Assembly: GCA_951406725.2 (NCBI GenBank)
Contig: OX597829.1
Coordinates: forward strand, 50,902,001-50,966,000
DNA length: 64,000 nucleotides
DNA from: Octopus vulgaris
Lineage: Eukaryota
Direction: 5' to 3'
This document shows positions 51,444-64,000 of this stretch, piece by piece. The notes beneath the pieces are model-generated. The model saw only the letters and a program-made list of their open reading frames with translations. It was not told where the DNA came from and did no database searches. Numbering within the stretch: position 1 is the first letter of the stretch; each line of letters starts with the position of its first letter. The position numbers were made by a program, and so were the translations under genes.

Positions 51444-51981
51444 TCCTTTAGCATTCAGATTACTCTGTCAAATGTAATATATATTAATTTACATTGATTT
51501 GAATTAAGCACTCATTAATTCAAAAGATGTTTGTCTTGTAGATTACTTAGTGACCCTGTCAGTGCAGGTGCCACTTAAAAAGCATACAGTCCACACTGTA
51601 AAGTGTTTGGCTTTTTGAAGGGCATCCAGCTGTAAAAACCTTGCCAAAACTGCTTGTGCCACATAAAAAGCACTCACACTCTGCTGAGTGGTTGGTGTTA
51701 GGAAGGGCATCCAGCTGTAAAAATCCTGCCAAAACAGTCACAGAAGTCTGGTGCAGGCTTCTGGCTGGCTGGCTCCTGTCAAACTGTCCCACCCATGCCA
51801 GCATTTGAGGCAGATGTTAAATGATGATGCATTGTCTTGGAACTTTGAGATTTCAACGATGCAATTGTTGATTTTCACAATGACATTGTTAAGTCAGGGT
51901 GAGAGGCCTGATCTGGCCAGTTAGAACATAAAACAAGTAGAAAATTTTGACCCAAATACGACTGGTTTAAATGCTAAAGGG
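51444..51981. mobile_element. piggyBac MITE family A with a nested RTE tail (about 51520-51830)
   Basis: TTAA-TCCTTTAGCATT...AATGCTAAAGGG-TTAA. Confidence 0.8.
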
Positions 51982-53022
51982 TTAATGACATTTTAAGAAT
52001 AAAGATGCCTTATAACTATTCTTTAACTTCACAACTTCATCCTGGAATCCACCTTTATGGTTGACAGATTATAGTTCCACCCATTTTACATTTCTTAAAT
52101 GTTGGTAATTCCAGTTGGAAATTTCCTTTGTTAATTAATCAACATGTCACAGCTCGCTTTTATATTTGGTAAGCTTGATGAATCAAGAATTGCATAATGC
52201 ATTACATAGCAACATATTTCTTGTATATTGTTCATACTGCATACCTGAAAGTGCTATGTTTCTATAGTAACGAAGACTGCTAACGCAACATTTGTAGCAG
52301 TACCGGATAACCAGTTTGTCTATTTTTATTAAGTTCTTATACCACACTCGAGGTTCCATTCTTCTTTGAATATTTCTAAACACTACTGGAGTTGTGGACA
52401 ATCAAGCAACAGTGAATGTCTCTTCATCAACACATTCCAGACGGAATACTTAACTGAATACTTAACTGTCTGATTCGTACCATTCTGTCAAAACAATTTG
52501 TGGCATGCTTCACTGTGATATGCCTGACTTGATCTTTGGGAGGTCCCCTTTAAGGAAATCTACATATGTATGTATGTGTGTGTGTGTGTTACTTAACACA
52601 GGCTTTCCATTGCATTAGATAAATGAGAAATTAATCCTTCATTGTGGCACATGTTAGTCTATTGCATTACAACTTTTCCTACAAGAGAATTTGAATTCAG
52701 TATTGCTTATCAATGAAATGCTGCTTGAAGTAATGTTTATGAGCTTATGGTAAATACTCGCAGCTTAAGCCCACAAGAGGGAAGGTTTATGCAGTCAAGT
52801 CATTAAATTTTCTCCAAATCACACACCACAACCATGAAATGTGAGATTTACTTTTGGATAATGTCCTCCTAGGTAAACAATGCAAGAAACAAGGATAGTC
52901 ATGGCTGTTAAGCTGTGGATGATAGATATGCTAGATCATAGCTGACCAGCAGCTACTCAACTTACATAAGTATATATATATTACAAAGTAAGATAGGGGT
53001 TATATATATATGCATACATACA

Positions 53023-54037
53023 TATCACAAATCCCTTCAGGTAGATGGCCCTGCTCGATCTGTAGAAAAGGTGTAGGTAGAAACTCCTTAAGAAGTACCT
53101 GGTGTAAGCTATGGACACATAAGAGGTGCAGCGATATCAAAGGTAGGCTAACTGGGAATATAGTTTTTGTGTGTGGCAAGTGCACAGGAACAATAGACAT
53201 TGAAAATGCGCAGAAAACAGCCCCCGTCACATGCCAGAGGGAAAAACTAGAAGTAGTTGATAGCTTCTGTTACCTATATGGCCAAGTCAGTGGCGGGAGT
53301 GGATGCTCTGAGAGTGTTGCTGCTAGAATAAGAATAGCCTGGGTAAAGTTCAGCGAGCTCCTACCTCTGCTGGTAACAAAGGGCCTCTCACTCAGAGTAA
53401 AAGCTAGACTGTATGACGCATGTGTACGAACAGCCATGCTGAATGGCAGTGAAACATGAGCCATGACTGCTGAGGACATACGCAAGCTCACAAGGAATGA
53501 AACCAGTATGTTCCGATGGATGTGTAATGTCAGTGTGCACACACAACAGAGTGTAAGCACCCTGAGAGAAAAGTTGGACATAAGTGTCACACTAGCTGTA
53601 GAGGGAACCTGTGGAAGAGGTAGACCCAGGAAGACCTGGTGGTGAAGCATGACCTTTGAATGGTGGGCCTCACAGAGGCGATGACGTGTAGCTGAGACCT
53701 TTTAAAATATGCTGTGCTTGAGAAGACATGGCAAGTCAAGTGAGACCATAACCATGGCCTATGCCAGGGCCGCCAGACTGGCTCCTGTGCCAGTTGTACA
53801 TAAAAATCACCATTCAAGCATGGTCATTGCCAGTACCGCCTAACTGGCCCTCGTGCCTTTGGCACGTAAAAAGCACCCACTACATTCTCGAAGTGGTTGG
53901 TGTTAGGAATTGCATCCAGCTGTGGAAACATTGCCAGATCAGATTGGAGCCTGGTGCAGCCTTCTGGCTTGCCAGTCTCCAGTCAAACCGTCCAACCTGT
54001 GCCAGCATGGAAAACGAATGTTAAACAACAATGATGA
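53023..54037 (+). mobile_element. 5'-truncated RTE LINE with PHD-like finger
   Basis: GRWPCSICRKGVGRNS...HKRCS...CGKC, RIRIAWVKF, GSET, GTCGRGRPRKTW, family tail. Confidence 0.88.
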
Positions 54038-54097
54038 CATATATACATATGTATGTACATGCATGCATATACATACATGTGTACATCTATACATACA

Positions 54098-54131
<34 letters not shown>

Positions 54132-55709
54132 CATATATACATACATTAATACACACAAACACAAGTAGTTTCTTTTTTTTTTCTTTTTTTCAGTTTTTGC
54201 CAACCCCATCCATTTTATAGCTTTGGTTAGCTTGGTGCTACAGGTGCTGCACAGTGGGACTGAACTCAGAACCATAGAGCTGAGAAGAAGACTTCATGAC
54301 CACACGACCATACTTGCATGTACACATGTATGTTTGTACATATGTATGTGTATGTATGTACTTACACGTGCATCTATGCTTGTACAAGCTTATGCATGTA
54401 CGTGTAAGTTCTATGTAAGTATGATGGTGGTGGTAGTGGTGATGGTGGTGGTGGTGGTGGTGGTAGTGGTGATGGTGGGTGGTGGTGGTGGTGGTGGTGG
54501 TGGTAGTAATGATGATAAAGATAGTGTGTGCATATGAGTTTGTACGTATATGTAGTTATAATATTTTTCTTTCCCATAGCTTCCTAGATTTTCTAGGAAG
54601 GCAACACACATGGCAAACCTTGTCCCTTATAGATTTGGCATTCGCGTCACCCAAATTCCTTCTCTTCAGCTTTCTTTGCTTCCGTTCACTTCTCGTTACG
54701 TCATGGAAAAATGTACGTGAAATTTTAAGTAAAAGTCAAAATTTGAAAGACATCAGAGGTTTACAATTCCTTCTCTTTGCACAAATGTTTTGAAATTTTA
54801 TACATACATATGTGTGTGTGTATATATATATATATATATACACATATACATATATATACACATATACATGTATATACATATACACATATATACACACATA
54901 TATATACACATATATATATACACATATATATATATACACACACACACATACACATATATATACATACATACACATATATACATGCATATATATATACATA
55001 TATACACACATATACATACATATATATACATATATATACACATACACATATACATACATATATATACACATACACACACATCTACATATATATAATACAC
55101 ACATATATACATACATAAATACATATACACATGTACATACTGAAATGCATATACACATATACTTAAATGCCTATACACAAACACATGTGCATGCACACAC
55201 ACACACAATTGCAGGCAGAAAAATGCACTGTTAGGTTACTGCATGCCCAATATTTCTTATCAACACCAGGAATGCAACAGAAGAACATGCTTAGATGTGT
55301 AATGAACATGCCACATGTTTCACTTCTTTTCAAAACTAATTGGCATGGAATTTCACTGATTGGATGAAAATTGGAAGAGAATAGCAGCACTAAAAAAATC
55401 GGAAGAGAATAACATCAAAATTTGGAAGAAAACATTTTCATGGGAAAGGATGTCTTCTTGTAGGTTTTCTTGTTAATTTTATCATTTCTTTCTCCTTTTT
55501 TGTATTTTTAATTCCTGTTTTGGTGAATAACATTTAACATTGTAAGTCTTAGATGTGTTGCTTCTTTTGTTTTGCATTTGTTTTCTCTTATATTGAAGAA
55601 TGAAAGTCATAAAACCAAAACTATGATGCTGTTTAATTTATAATTCAAACTTTCTAATTAAGCTTCTCCGACTCTTAGAGAAATGTATTTCACATACAAA
55701 GTTCTTTAA

Positions 55710-58700
55710 CAATTTAGTGTTTAAACCAGCCAAAATTAAGTCCCCTTTATTTTTTTAAACCAGCCAAATGGCGGTGCCCCAGCATGGCCACAGCTCGTGA
55801 GCTGAAACTAGATAAAATAAAATAAATAAATAAATTTTTTAAATCAGGCCATATCCATCTGCTCTTTGAAATTGCTAAAAAATTAAACAAATCACATTGA
55901 ATTCTCGTAGCTTTAAGATAATGTGAGATGAAGCTTGTCTCGCCTTTATTCAAGTATAAATATTGTGAAATTGTTTAGACCACATGGTTTTTCAACATTT
56001 GTATATTTTACACTTTGCTTTTTGTACTGGAGTTTTTTTTCTCTAGTTTTTGAATGTGTTGTGCTGCTTTGCAGTGGTTTGTTTGTTTGACATATATACA
56101 TACATATATATACATACATGTGTACATACATACAGTGGTTTGTTTGTAAGAGGAGAGATAGGTTAGTAAAACCATGTCTGTAGAAGACTGTAGCTTCTCA
56201 GACATATCACTGTTGGATGAGGAATTGTTGGAGGCGGTCTGGAAGATGGACGATCAATTGAAGAAGAAGAGGAATTTTGCCGATGTGGCAAAATGCCAGG
56301 AGAAGGAAATGGCTATTGGAAAATTGAGAAGGTATAAAGATTTATTAAGTTGGGATGGTTTTGAGGTGAAGCTGTGTGAGAGGTTGGAGAGTTCCAAATG
56401 TGGAAGAAGAAACCAGAAAGGAGGAGAGATTAGTAGCAATGGAGGACAAGTGGGAAAAGTCACCGGAAGAAAGAGAAAGAAGGCAAGTGTTTTGAATTCT
56501 AAACACCCCACCCGCACCCTCTCAGACCCACCCTCCCTCTGCAGACACCAAGCCTACCCATTCCCCTCCGACACAAATACAAAAGAAAAAGAAAACAAAT
56601 ACACAAAAAACCCTCAAATTCTCTCCAGCCAGGCGGAAAAGAAAAAGGAAAAAAAAGGATGTATTGTAATAATGTATGACAATTCAAATGAAGAATTATG
56701 TAAAGAGATAAGGACATGGAAGAATGGAAACAGAGGGGTATGACAATGTTAAGAGGTGGCACCGATGTGTGGTAACCATTGAGGAACAAAAGGTGAGGTT
56801 GACAAGGTATGGAAGTGGATAGGATTGGTGGGAAGTGGAACTTGATTGGAACAAACTACCAGACCTTCTAACATATAAACAATTGCTGGAAGAGCATGAT
56901 GTGGACATTTTGGAAGGATCAATGTATAAGGGGTGTTAAAAGGCAGAAATGGAGATGCTTGGAGGTGGGGCTGGATATTTTCATTGCATTTTTCTTGTTT
57001 TCATTATCATCCCATGTTCTCATACGTTGATTTGATTTTTTTTTGTTTGTATTATGTCCCCACATGTTATGTATTGTCCTGTCAGTGTTCATCCTTTGTA
57101 TATAATAAAAAATCAATGGTGTTTTTTCTAATGTTTGAAGAGAAGTCTGTACCTTAGTTTTTAATGAAATGGTGTCAGCAAGTAGCGATTCTGACTTTGA
57201 AGGTTTTACTCTGGAGGATATAGAAAATATAATGAAAACAAGAGTATTTTGTCTTCAGATGAATCTGATATCGATATTAGTGAATATTCATTGGATGAGG
57301 AAGATTTTGAGAATGAAAGTGATAAAAATGAAAGTGATGAAAAGGATATTGTAAACATGGCAACATGGTCAAAGATTACAACACCAATCACTATTCCTGA
57401 TTTCACAGAAAACACTGGTCCACAACACAATTTACCTCCTGATGCTCAACCATTCTACTATCTACTTTCATTTTTACTGGAAAGTTATTTGAAACTGTTA
57501 AGGAGGAAATGAACAAATATGCGCAACATATAATTTCTGGTCTTGGAAGAAACGATCCACTATGGCAGCCAAGTTATACCGTGGAAATGAGAGCATTTTT
57601 CACAATCAATATTACGTTTGGTCTTCAACAGCTTCCTCGACTGTGGAACTACTGGAGTCCTGATACAAGGTATGGCAATCCATATATCTCAAGTATAATG
57701 TTGAAGACAAGGTATTCAAAAATATCTCAGTATTTACATTTAACTGATTCTGCTAATGCCCCCAGAAAAACAACCCAAACTACAATCCCCTGTATTGTAC
57801 AGTATGCCCTGTAATTGATTTACTTTTTAATAGTTAAAAACTGTGTATCTACCTGGGAAAAATCTCAGTGTAGATGAAGCCATGATAGGCTATACAAGCA
57901 GAGTACATTTTTGGCAGTACATGCCTGCCAAACCCACTAAAGTGGGTATCAAGGTATGGGAATTCCGTGAATCAGACACTGGATATTGTTTAAACTTTGA
58001 TGTTTACACAGGTAAAAAATATAATAGAAACAGACCATATCACTATCAGCACCGACACTTCTATTTTGACTGGGTTTTTTTCCTTCAGTGGCTTTGACAA
58101 AAAAATCTTGCCTGTGTAAGTACTTACAAGTGCAGTACTGTTATGGGCAACCGTAAAGGTTTAACCCATGACATGAAAACAAAATTTTAAAAAAAGAGGG
58201 GACATTTTATAAATGCAAAAGGAAAATTTATTAGCTACTGCTTTCAAAGATAAAAGACAGATTTCATATGTCTTCTAATGAACAACCTGGTGTTTGTGCT
58301 GAGGGGAAACCCCTAGTGAATATTTGTTATTACAAATATATGGGTGGGGTTGATAAATCTGACCAGTATCGGGCGTGTTACCCAGTTGGTTGACCCGGGA
58401 AGAAATGGTAGAGGTACATTTTGTGGGTTTTAATTAATTTAACTATAGTTAATTCATATACTGTATATGTAAAAAAGCCACAATGTACCTCCGCCACCAA
58501 AAGACTACGACCACTTGAAATTTGTAGTTGACATCACATCTCAGTTACGTGAGGGCTTTTCTTCTAGAAAGCACGGAACTGGGAGAAAAGCAAAATTAAG
58601 TGAGGTGGATGTCAACAGAGAAAATATTGACATTAATAAAGTCGAAAAGATAAATGGAAGGAAAAAAGTTTGCAGACAGTGTTTGCTGCAAAAAAGAAAA

Positions 58701-59449
58701 ACTGCAAAAGGTTATCAGATTGAGACTTCATAGATGTGTTCCATTGGCAAAGTGTCATTGTGTAAAGGGTACTTTACACAGAAATATGTCATAACTATAT
58801 TATTTTGTATATTCCTTCTCATTTTATTATAAATAATATGTGAAAGTGAGAAATACATATTAATTTTCAGTATGTTACACACCTGTACTCACCTTTGTCT
58901 CACCTGTTAATGAGATATTTTATTAGATGCATCCTGTTATGTAAGTGAATTTGTTAAATTGTATAAGAGTACATAGCCAATGGTATATTGACTAATAAAA
59001 GAGTTTGGTACTTTATTTTCTATGAAAATATTTGAATGAAATATAAAGAATAAAATCTTGTACCGATTACACCGGTATTTTAATTAATTCAAATTAATGT
59101 ACCTCATCTTGAAAAATGTAAAATTGTTGGCAGTTGATATCTGGGATAATTTTAGTAACAAATCAAACAGTTAAGACGTATTAAGAATATGAATTTTAGT
59201 GTTTATTCATAATGTTATTATTTTTACACATGTTAATTATATTTACCTGCCCATAAAAGTCAAATTTAATCAGCAGAATCAGCTAAAATTACATAACTAT
59301 AAACCACTGGCATAAAAGCACCCATTTACAACATTACAAATCTCTGTTACAAGCAAATATTGTAGACACCCCACTTGAACCTGAATAAATCAAAATTAAT
59401 GTGAACAGATAAGCATTACATTTGACAAATTAATCTGAATATTAAAGGG
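55710..59449 (+). mobile_element. piggyBac element, right (more complete) copy, about 3.7 kb
   Basis: TTAA at 55706-55709 and AAAGGG-CTAA at 59444-59453; ends match MITE family A; contains a transposase. Confidence 0.78.
57169..58790 (+). pseudogene. Decayed piggyBac (PGBD-like) transposase
   Basis: Acidic N-terminus, YLPGKNLSVDEAMI, QYMPAKPTKVGIKVW, FDVYTGK, FYFD, YMGGVDKSDQ, C-terminal CRQC; multiple frameshifts and stops. Confidence 0.9.
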
Positions 59450-59529
59450 CTAAACATGCTTTTTTTTTCCTAAATTGACTTCACACTCTGGTACTTTTGG
59501 GGGAGGGGAGCAATTCAATTTTCAGAAGA

Positions 59530-59990
59530 GAAGAGGCTGGTAAAAAAGCCAAACTTGCTATCTCCCGGGTTTTCATGCTTATCTTCACTTATGGTCATAA
59601 ATATTGGATAATGACCGAAAGAGTATGATAACAAATACAAGCAGCTGAAATGGATTCCTCTGAAGAATTCCTGGAATAATGTATTTCAACAGGAAGCAGA
59701 GTTTGGAGATCAGCAAATCTCTCTGTGTTGAAATGCTTCTTCTCTGCATTAAGATGTCACAGCCCCAGTTCTGCAGACATGTGATTAGGATGTCGCAGAA
59801 AAGAATCACAAGGTGAATTCTTCAAGTGGAACCAACCAGACTTAAGAGTAGACCAGATAATATTCAGTTCCATTTGGTCATTCTTGGGAATCCAGTCAAA
59901 AAGTGTAATGATGGTTTCTTCTGACAGGACCCTATGGAGGAGGTGCCTGAAAGTGCTGTCGACTCAAACCTTCCAGGAATGGTGGACAGA
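59530..59990 (+). mobile_element. Old Rex3/Expander-like RTE fragment
   Basis: KAKLAI...FTYGHKYWIMTERV..QIQAAEM...RHVIRMSQKRI. Confidence 0.7.
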
Positions 59991-60160
59991 GAGGGTGGAT
60001 GGATGGCAGGATTTGCAGAATTAATAAAACAACAAACAGGAAGACACATAAGAAAGAAAGATTAACTGAATCAGTAGAGCAATACACAAAATGCTTTGTG
60101 CTATATATATTTAGGGTTATATAAAAAGAGAGCAAATAGAAATTATGACTTACCTGTGTA

Positions 60161-60192
<32 letters not shown>

Positions 60193-60399
60193 ATTCAAAA
60201 ACATGTAAATAAATACAGACAAACAGAAAACACAGGTCACCAACTCCTCTTTAGTTATCAGTCAGAGGGTCCAAGCGCAATTTCGGGAATTATCAATAAT
60301 ATTCCTTCCACTCTGGAGATACCAGTAAGAAACTTGTGGTGAATGGGACCAAAACATAAGGCAAGACAAGACCAATGGTTAAAGGATGAAGAACATATA

Positions 60400-60600
60400 T
60401 ATATAAAGGGAAAGTTTACAAAAATAAACAAAAGACGAAGGCAGGTGGTGTACAAAACAAACAGATGTATTAGTATAGCACTCAGGAATAGAAAAAGTCT
60501 TTTACGTTTCGAGCCTACGCTCTTCTACAGAAAGGGACACAGAAAAAAACAAGGAGAGAAAAAAATGTGTGTAGTAGCTAAAGATCTATCATGGCGTCTG
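60400..60600 (-). mobile_element. Penelope-like 3' end with hammerhead variant (60499-60534)
   Basis: Minus strand CTTT CTGTAGA A GAGC GTAG GCTC GAAAC GTA AAAG; ends TTCCCTTTATATA. Confidence 0.6.
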
Positions 60601-61336
60601 ACTCGGACAGAATTTTAAGTTTCTAAGTTCAAATACTGTAAAAATAAACGACCAACAAAGTCTGGGGTTAATTGAGTTTCTACTAAAAGATAAAGCAAAA
60701 CTCTTACATCTGATCATGAAAAGGTAGGTTGTATAAAACAAAAATAAAATAGAATAAAGCAAAAAGAAGAAAAAAAGAGAAAGAAAAATCAATGTCTTTT
60801 CATGTTCAAACAAAATAGTTTATCTGAATATACAGTGTCCTTCAAATTTGTTGGCATTTAGACCCAAGATAATTTTAACCAGCCAGGCCCATGATCAAAG
60901 ATGTACCAACTATAGCCATCCTCTCTGTCTCTCTCTTTCTCTCTCTGTCTTTGGAGAAATGTATTTAAGAACACATCTGCCAATGTGTTACTCTTTTAAA
61001 ACTGAAGATACGATTTGAAAGAAATTTAACTACGATTTCTTGCAGATCAAGCAACCATAGTGAGGCCACCCTTTAATTGGAGCAGGTGTATATCTTATAT
61101 GAAATATGGCATGGCTATGAGGATAAGAACTTAATTTTGTAATGCCCTGGTTCTCAGTTTGGTTCCACTGCATGGTACCTTGAGACCTGCTATACAAACA
61201 GGCTATGAACTGACCAGTTCCATGGATGGAAATATGATAGACATAAACAGTGCAAAAGCTTGTTTTGTAAGTGTTCATATGTGTGTGTGTATTTATAATG
61301 TTTATAGGACAAATGTTATCATCACTAAGTGTGACT

Positions 61337-61722
61337 GTGGAAGCACTCTGTCGGTTACGACGACGAGGGTTCCGGTTGATCCGAATCAACGGAACAGCCT
61401 GCTCGTGAAATTAACGTGTAAGTGGCTGAGCACTCCACAGACACGTGTACCCTTAACGTAGTTCTCGGGGATATTCAGCGTGACACAGAGAGTGACAAGG
61501 CCGGCCCTTTGAAACACAGGTACAACAGAAACAGGAAGTAAGAGTGAGAGAAAGTTGTGGTGAAAGAGTACAGCAGGGATCACCACCATCCCCTGCCGGA
61601 GCCTCGTGGAGCTTTAGGTGTTTTCGCTCAATAAACACTCACAACGCCCGGTCTGGGAATCGAAACCGCGATCCTATGACCGCGAGTCCGCTGCCCTAAC
61701 CACTGGGCCATTGCGCCTCCAC
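61337..61722 (-). mobile_element. Full-length young tRNA-derived SINE (OR-like), 10-bp TSD
   Basis: Head GGAGGCGCAATGGCCCAGTGGTTAGGGCAG...GGTTTCGATTCCC; TSD AAGTGTGACT at 61327-61336 and 61723-61732. Confidence 0.9.
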
Positions 61723-63762
61723 AAGTGTGACTAAGGGTGTAAGAAGAGCTCAAGATATACATATACTGACAGGGGAGGTAACCGCCCCACGTGCTTATAT
61801 ATATACACATGTATATATGAATGATAGAAAATGGAACAAATGACATTCATTTAATGTCCAGCTTCCATGCATGCATGGGAAGGATGGTTCACAGGAGCTG
61901 TCCAGGTAGAAAATCTATCCAAGGCTACTGCGTCTGTTTTGGCAAGGTTTTTACAGCTGGATGTCCTTCCTGACACCAACCACTCTGCAGAGTGGACTCA
62001 GTGCTTTTTACATGGCACAAGCGCAGGCGAGGTCGGTTTTGGCAAGAATTTTACTGATCAATGCCCTTCCAAATGCTAACCACTTTACAGTGTGGACAGG
62101 ATGATTTTTACTTTGCACCAGCACTGGCAGTGGTACTTATTCGATCGATGTCCTTTGCCAAACTGCTAAGTTATGGGAATATAAACCGCACCACCAACGG
62201 TTGTCAAGTGGTGTCTCAAGCTCAGACAAAAAGACACACTCAAATTGCACCAAAGAATGAGGACCACATTTTAGAAAAAGAGAACTAAGTTCAATTTATT
62301 CAACTAAAAATTCTTCAAGGTGGTGCCCCAGCATGGCCACAATCTAATAATTGAAACAAGTTAAAAATAAAAGATAACTGACAGAATGACCTGCCAAATT
62401 AATTCACAAGGCTTTGGTCAGTCCAGGGCTATAACAGACATTAGCATAGCTAGCAGTGGTGAGGGGAGTCCACTCCAGATGGCACTTTTGGATCTGCTGT
62501 AGGCAATGTACCTTTGTGGGGTCTGGGGGCTGGCAAACAGAAGGGTCACCCTGGCAGCACACACTCTAGCTACACTAGTGTGTGTGTGTGTGTGTGTGTG
62601 TGGTCTTTGTGATATGGAAAGATGACTCCTCTGGGAAAGCAGCTTAGACCCCCACCACATGTCTAGATTCAAGAAATGAACTTTTTGGGACATGTCCACT
62701 CATGGCTAAATATTTTTTACGTTTTGGGTCCTCCCAAAATCACAGATAGAACTTGCTTTTTATATTGTGTCCATGTACAAGCTTTTTATCTCTCTATTCT
62801 TTTTATATATATTTCTTATATATTTTTTACACATTTTTTTACATATTTATAGAGTTATTTTTATATTTTTACTGCTTTATTTACTTTTACACATTTTTAC
62901 TGTATTTTACCTTTCACCCTGCATTTTTCTTGTGCATGTGCATATATAGACGTGTATATAAATTTTTTGTATACGTGTCTGTGCATGTATGTACATGTGT
63001 ATGGCTGCATATATACATTGGTGTACATGCGAGTGTTCCACGCAAGTTTGAGCAAGCATATGCATATATAGCATGTACGTATTTTAGACATGCATTTGAA
63101 TGTAACTATGCATATGGGTAGGTGCATGTGTGCACATGTGTGTGTGGGTGTGGGTGCACATGCATATGTGTGCATGCATGTGCATGCAGATATACATGTG
63201 TGCATAGTGTGTGTGTGTACATGTATATGTGTATGGTTGCATATATATGTGAGCATACATGCATGTGTTCCACGCGAGTGTGAGTGAGCATATAGCATGT
63301 GTGCGTATAGGTGTGTGCACACATGTGTGTGTGTGTGCATGTGTGTGTGTGTTTGCATGCATGTGTGGTTATGTATACGTGTACATGCATGGTTGCATAT
63401 ACATGGGCATCTATTGACGTGTGTTTCATGCGAGTGGGAGTGAGCATGTGCATTTAGGCACATGTGCATGGGTGTGCATGCATGCCTCCATATGTATGTA
63501 TATGCACGCATACACGATTGCTATGAGCATTTTTATTCCTTTACTTTTTACTTCCTCCCCTTCGGTTTTAACGGTCATTCTAATAGCTCTTTTGTCTTAA
63601 TAACAGTCAATTACATAGTACTTTCCCTTAGTTTAACGGTCATTTTATAGGCTATTTCGATTGCCTTGATAACTGAAGAGATGCCAGTGTGGGTTTCCGC
63701 CCTGACATATGAAGCTCGGAGTTTTATTATGGCAACCGAATAATTGTTACATATTATATTAC

Positions 63763-63828
<66 letters not shown>

Positions 63829-64000
63829 GTATAGTTTAGGACAATCAGTAAGTTGTCCTAATAGGACTAAGAGCTATGATGCATTCTCATCAGCTATTAT
63901 AACAATAGACACCATAAAAAAATCATTGAATAAAAGGGAATTTACTCTAATAGGTAGGAAAAAAGATAAAAGATAAAAAATACATGCAACCATATTCTCA

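Larger units (their letters stand above)
55207..64000. repeat. Right arm of the inverted segmental duplication (runs off the window end)
   Basis: See 32287-36861; has arm-specific segments at about 60110-62410 and 62600-63830. Confidence 0.9.

Noticed and set aside
54560-54760. Possible exon in unique sequence
   Set aside because: No recognisable protein and no convincing splice pair on either strand.
61645-61722. tRNA gene
   Set aside because: tRNA-like head continues into a SINE body bounded by a 10-bp TSD.
63855-63900. Hammerhead at minus-strand GCTGATGAGAATGC
   Set aside because: No downstream GAAA-stem III; the paralog at about 32395 reads CTTATGA.

Overview
AT-rich, microsatellite-saturated eukaryotic DNA, almost certainly from an octopus (cephalopod). 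It carries several tRNA-derived SINE families of the octopus OK/OR type, CORE/Nin-like SINE domains, and RTE LINE tails. I found no intact host protein-coding gene; nearly all listed ORFs come from microsatellites or repeats. Recognisable TE relics: PHD-finger RTE, Rex3-like RTE, CR1-like and Tx1-like LINE pieces, a DD36E Tc1 carrying a solo LTR, DD37D/maT and mariner pieces, Helitrons, hAT and piggyBac MITEs, a decayed piggyBac transposase and a Penelope GIY-YIG endonuclease. Two larger structures stand out. (1) Several families of non-coding elements carry minimal type I hammerhead ribozymes. Most sit in (TA)n tracts, form fold-back insertions with one long and one short arm, and end at CCCT-containing motifs. 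One has a retrozyme-like double-hammerhead layout, and up to three abut inverted duplications of host DNA. (2) An old inverted segmental duplication (about 32.3-36.9 kb vs 55.2-64 kb and beyond) contains the probable parent of the local piggyBac MITE, a filled/empty LINE site pair, and a 443-bp near-identical tract suggesting gene conversion. All calls were made by eye; no database searches were run.
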